From Nitrososphaerota archaeon (GTDB lineage Archaea > Thermoproteota > Nitrososphaeria_A > Caldarchaeales > Calditenuaceae), in the NCBI GenBank assembly GCA_038741355.1, contig JAVYLC010000017.1, positions 1 to 12,670 on the forward strand: 12,670 nucleotides of DNA. Reading direction: 5' to 3'. This document shows positions 5,311-11,476 of the stretch, in pieces. Under the pieces are notes generated by a model that was not told the origin of the DNA, searched no databases, and saw only the letters and a program-made list of their open reading frames with translations. The position numbers and the translations under genes are program-made. Each line of letters starts with the position of its first letter. Position 1 is the first letter of the stretch.

Positions 5311-5384
5311 TGGGGCTGCCCGGATTTGAACCGGGGACCTCCGTCGCGTAAGGACGGCGTCCTACCAGGCTAGACCACAGCCCC
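5311..5384 (-). tRNA. tRNA-Val: tRNA-Val, anticodon UAC, no encoded CCA, no intron
   Basis: The minus strand folds by hand into a full cloverleaf: GGGGCTG TG GTCT AGCCTGGTA GGAC G CCGTC CTTACGC GACGG AGGTC CCCGG TTCAAAT CCGGG CAGCCCC A. It has a 7-bp acceptor stem, a 4-bp D stem (one G.U), a 5-bp anticodon stem, a 7-nt loop with TAC at positions 34-36, a 5-bp T stem and a TTCAAAT T-loop. Confidence 0.95.
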
Positions 5385-5409
5385 AAACCCTAACACCTAA
5401 CCGATGAGC

Positions 5410-5420
5410 TTATTATTAAT
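5410..5420 (-). promoter_or_regulatory. TATA-like element for tRNA-Val
   Basis: The minus strand reads ATTAATAATAA, centred about 31 nt upstream of the tRNA 5' end (5384). Confidence 0.4.
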
Positions 5421-5430
5421 TTCTCTTTCA

Positions 5431-5468
5431 GTGTAAGGGCGGCATCATGGCCGCTAGACCACGGCCCC
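5431..5468 (-). pseudogene. Orphan tRNA-Val-like 5' half (acceptor 5' strand to anticodon loop), no 3' half
   Basis: The minus strand reads GGGGCCGTGGTCTAGCGGCCATGATGCCGCCCTTACAC. It matches about 29 of 39 positions of the 5' half of the adjacent tRNA-Val, including the CTTAC anticodon-loop bases. The D stem is degenerate. No complementary GGCGG or CGGCCCC strands follow; the sequence runs straight into the AT-rich tRNA promoter. Confidence 0.6.
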
Positions 5469-5496
5469 TATCTAGGCCACTCTCTCGGCGAGTTAA

Positions 5497-6054
5497 TTAA
5501 TCTCTTCTCGGGGGGTCTTCCTTCTTTCTCAGCTTTCCGAGCCTGCTCGGCTTTATGGTGATTTTTGCATCCGGGTAGTTTATTGTCAGCTCCTTTCCCT
5601 GGTGTATACGGTCTAGGGCTATTGCGAGTGCAGCTATCTCGCTGTGTGGCTGGTTTGTGACCGCTACGTTAATGTCTGCGAGCTCGTAGACCTCGATTGG
5701 CACCTTGGAGGAGCCGACGACCAGTATGATGCCCCGGGTGGCATACGCCTCTCTGAGTTCTTCCTCCACGTCTTGGATGCCGACGCCATACATTGTGAGG
5801 TGGGCTACGTATTCGCCCTGCGCCTTCCTCTCTTCCAGAAACCTCCTCCAGTCCGGCGTGTAGCTGGCCTTGAAGCCCCCTCCCCATTTCTCGACAACCT
5901 TGGATATGCTCTCTAGGAGGGCTGGGTCGTGGTCTCCGGCGAACACTACCTCGTCGGCCCCTAGTGCTCTTGCTGTGAGGGCGACGTGGCTTGAGACTCT
6001 CTGGTCCCTCACAATTCTATGTCCCAGCCTTAGGACAGTTATCCTCCGGGCCAA
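5497..6054 (-). CDS. trm56: tRNA (cytidine56-2'-O)-methyltransferase aTrm56 (SPOUT family)
   Basis: 185 aa. 'VLRLGHR..RD.RV..HVALTARA.GAD', 'HLTMYG', 'VG..KVP.EVYELAD.NVA..NQPHSE.AALA..LDR' closely match the archaeal aTrm56 family as I recall it (for example the Pyrococcus PH0461 type). Confidence 0.9.
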   Translation of the reverse strand: MARRITVLRLGHRIVRDQRVSSHVALTARALGADEVVFAGDHDPALLESISKVVEKWGGGFKASYTPDWRRFLEERKAQGEYVAHLTMYGVGIQDVEEELREAYATRGIILVVGSSKVPIEVYELADINVAVTNQPHSEIAALAIALDRIHQGKELTINYPDAKITIKPSRLGKLRKKEDPPRRD

Positions 6055-6058
6055 TCCA

Positions 6059-6586
6059 TCACTCTAGGAGCTTGTTTATCTCGGCCAGCGTATCGTCGAC
6101 TGCTTTGAGGAGTTTGGAGTGGTCGTAGACCATTAGTTTGCCTCCGCAGCTGGGGCATTTGAAGAATTTGTCGAGGGCCTCGTCGAAGGTGTATTTTCTG
6201 CACCCTTCGCTTCCGCACCAGTAGAGCTGGTTGGACTCGTAGTGCCTCTTCAACATCTGGAGCCTCTCTGCGATCCTCTTTAGCTGTGTTTTGACAACTC
6301 CTTGGACCTGCTCCTGCTGAAGCCTCCAGCGGAAGACCCTCTTATTCAACTCCTTGTCAACAACTATGTCGTAGGCTACGAGTGAGAACTCGCTGAGCTG
6401 GTGGAGGAGCTTTCTAACCCTCTTCACATCCATCTGCAGCGTGCTTGCGAGTTCATCCTCCCTCATCCCAGGGTTTGCTAGGAGGAGTTTCGCCAGCTCC
6501 TCCGCCTCCACTCCACCTATAAGTTTGAAGACAGAGAGTAATCCTTCTGTATCGATGTAAAACATCTGAGGCCTCCAAGCATACAT
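6059..6586 (-). CDS. tfe: Transcription factor E (TFE alpha, TFIIE-alpha homologue)
   Basis: 175 aa. It has an N-terminal winged-helix region and a C-terminal zinc ribbon (CGSEGC...CPSC, i.e. C-x4-C...C-x2-C). There is a 4-nt gap to trm56, so the two look like an operon. The start is ambiguous: the second ATG (6565, 'MFYID') fits better with the TATA-like ATAGATATAATT at 6601-6612. Confidence 0.85.
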   Translation of the reverse strand: MYAWRPQMFYIDTEGLLSVFKLIGGVEAEELAKLLLANPGMREDELASTLQMDVKRVRKLLHQLSEFSLVAYDIVVDKELNKRVFRWRLQQEQVQGVVKTQLKRIAERLQMLKRHYESNQLYWCGSEGCRKYTFDEALDKFFKCPSCGGKLMVYDHSKLLKAVDDTLAEINKLLE

Positions 6587-6650
6587 GAGGCGATGGCCTC
6601 AATTATATCTATCTCTCACGGCCTAGTCCAGCCTAGGTGTTGTAGAGGGG

Positions 6651-7589
6651 TTGGCTGGGATATTGGCGGCTGAGGCGAGAGGCGTGCGATACTCTGTGGG
6701 CGGCGTGGAGATTCTCAGTGACGTGAGCTTGATGGTGTTTAAGGGCGAGGTTACAGCCCTCCTCGGGAGCCCGGAGGGAGAGGCGCTTATAGGCCTGTGG
6801 GCTGGGATTAGGCGGCCGACAGGCGAAGGAGTCGCAGTACTGGGACTCGACCCATATCTGGCGGTGAAAGAGGTTGCTGGACGGATTGGCTACCTGCCCT
6901 CCGAGCCTTGGCTGCCGCCGGAGCTGAAGCCTGAGGTGGTGGCCGGAGTCGTTGGGAGAAGCCGTGGGCTCGTCCCCCGCGAGGCCGTGGAGCGTCTGAG
7001 GAATATTCTCAAGCGCTTGGGCATAGAGCGTGTTCTGGGGCGTAGGATAGGGCAGCTCTCCGCCGAGGAGAGGCAGGCCGTAGCGGTGGCCCTAACTATG
7101 CTCCACGACCCTGAACTGCTGCTTCTCTCAAATCCGTTGAGGATGCTTGGGCCCCTTGCGAGGCTTGAGCTCGCATCCCTTTTGAGGGAGTATGTAGCGC
7201 CGGGGCGGGCTGCTGTCTTGACTGTGGATTCTGTGGAGGAGGCTGGCTTCGCGGATAGGCTTGTTGTCTTCCGGGAGGGAAGGATAGCTGCTGCCGGGCC
7301 TCTCAACGAGCTCTCCAAGACGATAGGTGCTGAGAACTACTTGGTTATCCAGGCCATAAACACTCAGCGGGCCGTCGACTATCTTGGGAAGATGCCTCAG
7401 GTTAAGAGGTTTTCCGTCGCTAGGGATGGTTCGATAAAGGTGTGGTTGAGGGAGTTTGAATCCGACCTGCCCGTGGTCCTAGACCTCCTCCTCTCACTGG
7501 GGCTGGGCGTGAAGCTAGTGGATGTGAGGAGGGTTGAGTATCACGTGGCTCTCCTCAACTATCTCCGGAGAGGTGTTGGGGGTAGGTGA
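6651..7589 (+). CDS. ABC-ATPase-like protein with degenerate catalytic motifs (probable pseudo-NBD)
   Basis: 312 aa with a TTG start. The overall ABC NBD layout is recognisable, but each motif is substituted:
- Walker A is 'GSPEGEAL' (no GK[ST])
- Q-loop is 'YLPSEP'
- signature is 'LSAEERQ'
- Walker B is 'LLLLSNP'
- H-loop region is 'LTVDS'

It is translationally coupled to the next gene. Confidence 0.7.
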   Translation: MAGILAAEARGVRYSVGGVEILSDVSLMVFKGEVTALLGSPEGEALIGLWAGIRRPTGEGVAVLGLDPYLAVKEVAGRIGYLPSEPWLPPELKPEVVAGVVGRSRGLVPREAVERLRNILKRLGIERVLGRRIGQLSAEERQAVAVALTMLHDPELLLLSNPLRMLGPLARLELASLLREYVAPGRAAVLTVDSVEEAGFADRLVVFREGRIAAAGPLNELSKTIGAENYLVIQAINTQRAVDYLGKMPQVKRFSVARDGSIKVWLREFESDLPVVLDLLLSLGLGVKLVDVRRVEYHVALLNYLRRGVGGR

Positions 7590-8272
7590 GCCTGCATCTA
7601 TCCTTGGAGCTTAGGCTCCTCTTCGCCTCACCCATCAGGATAGCTGTGCCCCTCATCACCCCGCTAGCCCCGCTCCTACTCAGATACGTAGGGTTGCTGG
7701 GCCAAGACGTTGTCGAGCCCCTCTTCCTCTTGACGTATCAGTTTCTGGTGATGACTTATCTCCCATGGATGTTGGGACTTATTAGGGGAGGCTGGAGGCT
7801 GGTTTGGCTGCTAGGGCCGCCGAGCTCCGTCCTACTCCTCACCTCTTCATACTTAGGATTCCTCGCACTAACATCCGCCCTGCCGCTGGCGGCCTATAGA
7901 CTCCTACTCCACCTATCTACCTTCACACCGTTTGATAGTCTGGCAGCATCGCTAATCATCTTCACACTGTCCATAGGCATGCTTCACCACTCCCTCGCAG
8001 CTCTGCTCCTCTCTAGGTTGCGAGACATGACGACTGGATGGGCGGCCGTGCTCACATACCAGTCCCTCCTCCTAATTCTCACAGCATCCTTACTCTCTCA
8101 AGGGTGGTCTTATGTCCACACCGCCGCGACCCCCTTCTTCCCAGCCCTCCTAACCATGAAACCCCAAACTCCGCTAGAGGTACTATCCCTAGCCGCGGGC
8201 CTCTGCCTAATCTTCTCACTAGTCTTCACATACTTGACTGTCCGCGGGGTGGTGAGACCACCTCCGTCTTGA
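7586..8272 (+). CDS. Polytopic membrane protein, probable permease partner of the preceding ABC-like protein
   Basis: 228 aa, Leu/Ser/Thr-rich with about 6 hydrophobic segments. The GTG start overlaps the upstream stop by 4 nt (GTGA at 7586-7589). I recognise no specific family motif. Confidence 0.6.
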   Translation: MSLHLSLELRLLFASPIRIAVPLITPLAPLLLRYVGLLGQDVVEPLFLLTYQFLVMTYLPWMLGLIRGGWRLVWLLGPPSSVLLLTSSYLGFLALTSALPLAAYRLLLHLSTFTPFDSLAASLIIFTLSIGMLHHSLAALLLSRLRDMTTGWAAVLTYQSLLLILTASLLSQGWSYVHTAATPFFPALLTMKPQTPLEVLSLAAGLCLIFSLVFTYLTVRGVVRPPPS

Positions 8273-8316
8273 AAGAGACTTAATTTAATAACAGGCTCTC
8301 TAGCGGGTATGCTGGG

Positions 8317-9204
8317 TTGGCGATACTAGTCGATCGTAACACGCGGGTCTTGGTTCAGGGTATAACTGGGAGGCAAGGGAGCTTCCACACCGCTGAGATG
8401 CTGAAGTACGGGACGAGGGTTGTTGCTGGTGTCACGCCTGGGAGGGGCGGGTCGGAGGTCCATGGTGTGCCGGTCTATGACTCGGTGGAGGAGGCTGTTA
8501 AGGTGCATACGGAGATAGATGCTTCCGTTGTGTTCGTTCCCGCGGCGGGGGCTGTTGACGCGTGCTACGAGGCCATCGAGGCTGGGATACGGCTAATCGT
8601 CCTGATCACCGAGGGAATACCGACCCACTGGACAATGCAGCTTGTCAGATACGCCACTCTAAGGGGTGTTAGGATAATTGGTCCCAACACGCCTGGAGTG
8701 ATTACGCCGGGGGAGTGTAAGCTGGGGATAATGCCGGGCAGTGTCTTCACCCGCGGCCCGGTAGGGATAGTCTCGAGAAGCGGGACCCTAACCTACGAGA
8801 TAGCCCAGAACCTCTCGGAGAAGGGGATAGGTCAGAGCACGTGTGTGGGGATAGGAGGGGACGCCGTCGTGGGGACGGACTTCATAGAGATACTCGACTT
8901 GATGGGTAGGGACCCCCAGACACGGTGCGTGGTTTTGGTTGGCGAGATAGGTGGTGATGCTGAGGAGAGGGTTGCGGAGTATATTGTGAGGGAGAACTAT
9001 CCTAAGCCGCTGGTGGCGTATGTTGCAGGTAGAACCGCGCCTCCGGGCAAGAGGATGGGGCATGCCGGGGCTATTATCTCGCTGGGGATGGGTGACGCCT
9101 TGACCAAGATGAGGAGGCTGAGGGAGGCGGGGGCCTGGGTTGCTGAGACACCCGGAGAAATTGCTGGCCTAGTCGAAGGGGTCATGAGAGCCTTTCAAAG
9201 ATAG
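8317..9204 (+). CDS. sucD: Succinyl-CoA synthetase (ADP/GDP-forming) alpha subunit
   Basis: 295 aa with a TTG start. It has the CoA-binding 'VLVQGITGRQG', 'SRSGTLTYE' and the phosphohistidine loop 'MGHAGAII'. A TATA-like CTTAATTTAATAAC lies about 30 nt upstream. Confidence 0.9.
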   Translation: MAILVDRNTRVLVQGITGRQGSFHTAEMLKYGTRVVAGVTPGRGGSEVHGVPVYDSVEEAVKVHTEIDASVVFVPAAGAVDACYEAIEAGIRLIVLITEGIPTHWTMQLVRYATLRGVRIIGPNTPGVITPGECKLGIMPGSVFTRGPVGIVSRSGTLTYEIAQNLSEKGIGQSTCVGIGGDAVVGTDFIEILDLMGRDPQTRCVVLVGEIGGDAEERVAEYIVRENYPKPLVAYVAGRTAPPGKRMGHAGAIISLGMGDALTKMRRLREAGAWVAETPGEIAGLVEGVMRAFQR

Positions 9205-9210
9205 CCTACC

Positions 9211-10368
9211 CTACCTGGAGAAGCTCTCTTCAACTATGCCTTCAACGCCTTCATAGTCGAGCCTCATACCATACTCGTTAAGCGCGCCGCACAGCGCCTT
9301 GAGTGTGGCTTTAACCCTCTCAGGAGTTACCTGTCCCATACTCCCGATCCTGATCATCCTGCCCTTCTCCTTGGAAACTCCCACACCCACGTGCACTCCA
9401 TACTTCTCAGCCATGACCTTCGCGACGTCGGTGTCGCGTATGTGTTTGGGTAGGTGGATGGCTATGAGTGTCGGAGACCTGAACTGTGGGTGAGGGTATA
9501 TCTCGAGTCCCAGCTCTCCCAGACATCTGTAGAAGGCCTGAGCCCCTCTCCTATGCCTATCAACCCACTCGTCCAAGCCAACCTCAAACATCTTGTCCAA
9601 CGAGGCGTCAAGCCCGTAGAAGAGCGAGATGGCCGGCGTGTAGGGGGTCTCTCCGCGGGACATGAACTCCCGGTGAAGGACTAGGTCGAAGTAGGCGGGC
9701 CTCCTCTCGAGCGACTCAATCTTATCCCAAGCCCTCTGAGAGACGGCGACGATGGCGAGGCCGGGCGGCCCTGCGAGGCACTTCTGGGTCCCAGCCACCA
9801 GAACGTCTATGCCCGCGCCGTCAAAGCTGAACGGCACACCACCCAGAGAGGTGACAGCATCTACGACGAGCAATGCCCCAGCGCGCCTACACACCCTCGC
9901 AATCTCATCGATGTTGGGGGCTAAGGCTCCCGTCGAGGTCTCGTTATGAACCAGCAAGACCACGTTGACGTTCCCATTCTCCTCGAGCCCCCTCTCCACA
10001 TCCTCTGCGGTCGGCGCCCTGTTCCACGGAACCTCCACAATGGTTGTATTCTCCGAGTAGTATTTCGCCGCCGCGGCCATCCGCTCGCCGAACTGGCCGC
10101 CCACAAAGGCCAAGACCTTGTCGCCGCTTTCTATTGTGTTGGAGACCGCGGCCTCTACTCCGCCTGTGGCGGAGCAGGTAAGCAGGAAGACGTCCTGCCT
10201 CGTCCCAACCACCTTCTTGAGTTTCTCTATGAGCTGCGTATGAAACTCTCTAAACGCTTCTCCCCTGTGGTTTATCAGCCGCCCACCCATGGCCCTGTAG
10301 GACTCCTCAGGAATATCGGTCGGGCCTGGAAGCATCAGGATGTCGCGCCAGCCTCTACGCAGCTCCAC
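9211..10368 (-). CDS. Class V PLP-dependent aminotransferase (serine-pyruvate/glyoxylate or archaeal phosphoserine aminotransferase type)
   Basis: 385 aa with a GTG start. Motifs: 'MLPGPT', 'SATGGVEAA', and 'GTQKCLAGPPGLA' carrying the PLP-lysine. These are typical of the AGXT/SPT family. Confidence 0.85.
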   Translation of the reverse strand: MELRRGWRDILMLPGPTDIPEESYRAMGGRLINHRGEAFREFHTQLIEKLKKVVGTRQDVFLLTCSATGGVEAAVSNTIESGDKVLAFVGGQFGERMAAAAKYYSENTTIVEVPWNRAPTAEDVERGLEENGNVNVVLLVHNETSTGALAPNIDEIARVCRRAGALLVVDAVTSLGGVPFSFDGAGIDVLVAGTQKCLAGPPGLAIVAVSQRAWDKIESLERRPAYFDLVLHREFMSRGETPYTPAISLFYGLDASLDKMFEVGLDEWVDRHRRGAQAFYRCLGELGLEIYPHPQFRSPTLIAIHLPKHIRDTDVAKVMAEKYGVHVGVGVSKEKGRMIRIGSMGQVTPERVKATLKALCGALNEYGMRLDYEGVEGIVEESFSR

Positions 10369-10466
10369 TTCCCCACTCCTGCAACAAATTCATTAATAAA
10401 CCATCATCAAGCCCGGGTTAATGATAAAAGTAGGGCCTCTCGGCTCGATAGTGGTCGGAGGGTGGT

Positions 10467-11393
10467 GTGGAGAGGGTACTCATCGCATGTCCCTTCAGCG
10501 AGAGGCTTTTAGACGCTCTACGCGGAGCGGGGGTTGAGGTTGATTACAGGCCCAAGGCTTCGCAGGACGAGCTCGACGAGCTATACACAGGGTACGACGG
10601 CCTAGTGGTTAGGGGGAATCTCCGGGTTAGGCCGGTCAAGGGCCGGGGGCGGCTTAAGGTCATCGTCAGAGCGGGCGCGGGCGTCGATAACATAGCCGTG
10701 GAGGAGTTCGCGGGACTGGGCGTCAAGGTCTTCAACACACCCGACGCGGTGGCCGAGTCTGTCGGAGAGTTGGTCATAGGCCTCATGATAAGTCTCTCCC
10801 GCGGAATAGTGAGGGCTGCGGCAGCGCTATCCAGGGGTGAGTGGCTGAAGCAGGGTCTCATAGGCCAGGAGCTTGCCGGCAAGACACTAGGCATCATGGG
10901 GCTGGGCAGGATAGGGCGAGTAGTGGCTAGGATAGCCAACGCCATGGGGATGAGAATACTAGTCTATGACGTGGTAAAGTTTGAGCCAGAGATCCTCGTA
11001 CAGTACAAGGCTGAGCAAGTAGATCTTGAGAAGCTGTTGTCAGAGTCAGACTATATCACAATACACACGCCGCTCACGGAGGAGACGAGAGGTATGATAG
11101 GTGAGAGGGAGCTCAGGGTGATGAAGAGGACAGCGTATCTAATCAACACTGCCAGAGGGCAGATCGTTGACCAAGCGGCCTTGAAGCGCGCCCTGAAGGA
11201 GGGGTGGATTGCAGGGGCCGCCCTAGACGTCTTCGCCGAGGAGCCGCCTCGGGACTTAGAGCTGCTGAGCCTCCCAAACCTAATCCCCACACCACACATA
11301 GGTGCCCAGACCAGAGAGGCGCAGGAGAAGGCCGCGCACGAGGCAGTAAACATACTCCTAAGAGAGCTTAAGGGTATACGCTCTGGGCTATAA
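10467..11393 (+). CDS. D-isomer-specific 2-hydroxyacid dehydrogenase (short SerA / hydroxypyruvate-glyoxylate reductase type, no ACT domain)
   Basis: 308 aa with a GTG start. It has the NAD-binding 'GLGRIGRVVA', plus 'INTARG', 'LDVF..EP' and 'TPHIGAQT'. Confidence 0.85.
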   Translation: MERVLIACPFSERLLDALRGAGVEVDYRPKASQDELDELYTGYDGLVVRGNLRVRPVKGRGRLKVIVRAGAGVDNIAVEEFAGLGVKVFNTPDAVAESVGELVIGLMISLSRGIVRAAAALSRGEWLKQGLIGQELAGKTLGIMGLGRIGRVVARIANAMGMRILVYDVVKFEPEILVQYKAEQVDLEKLLSESDYITIHTPLTEETRGMIGERELRVMKRTAYLINTARGQIVDQAALKRALKEGWIAGAALDVFAEEPPRDLELLSLPNLIPTPHIGAQTREAQEKAAHEAVNILLRELKGIRSGL

Positions 11394-11449
11394 GCCCACT
11401 TTAACCCGGCTTTTCTGGCTGAATGTAGCGGATACTCGGCTATTGACTT

Positions 11450-11459
11450 AAATATTATA
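11450..11459 (+). promoter_or_regulatory. TATA-like element for the coiled-coil membrane protein gene
   Basis: AAATATTATA is centred about 23 nt upstream of the GTG at 11477 (leaderless-type spacing). Confidence 0.4.
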
Positions 11460-11476
11460 CGCGTTCCAGTAGAAAT

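Larger units (their letters stand above)
493..5332. mobile_element. Candidate tRNA-Val-associated genomic island (sugar ABC transporter + recombinase/ncRNA module)
   Basis: The block has lower G+C (hand-counted 60-nt samples 33-48%) than both flanks (60-65%). It ends exactly at the 3' end of tRNA-Val and begins at a degenerate direct copy of that 3' end. The only recombinase-like gene sits at the tRNA-proximal edge. No tyrosine integrase is present. Confidence 0.3.

Noticed and set aside
5431-5468. The orphan tRNA-Val 5' half as a functional split-tRNA gene
   Set aside because: The D stem is degenerate. The sequence following the anticodon loop is the AT-rich promoter of the next tRNA rather than a GC-rich splint or BHB-forming trailer. 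No matching 3' half occurs in this window.
5644-6067. ORFs 5644-5916 (+), 5669-5887 (-) and 5870-6067 (+) overlapping trm56
   Set aside because: The trm56 frame has strong family-level similarity. The overlapping frames are Arg/Gly/Pro-rich shadows.
6890-7318. Antisense ORF 6890-7318 (-); also 8038-8283, 8326-8508, 8565-8750, 8788-9063 and 8997-9185
   Set aside because: They are Ser/Arg/Pro-rich shadow ORFs opposite or out of frame with motif-bearing genes in a region of over 60% G+C.
9299-10512. ORFs antisense to the aminotransferase (9299-9493, 9454-9684, 9752-9949, 9946-10512) and the alternate-frame ORF 9921-10106 (-)
   Set aside because: The minus-strand 385-aa frame carries the class V aminotransferase motifs. 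The 188-aa + ORF would also run across the divergent promoter and into the dehydrogenase start.
10544-11353. Antisense ORFs 10544-10945 and 11051-11353 (-)
   Set aside because: They lie opposite the dehydrogenase gene, which carries the GxGxxG and catalytic motifs. Their products are Ser/Ala/Pro-rich.
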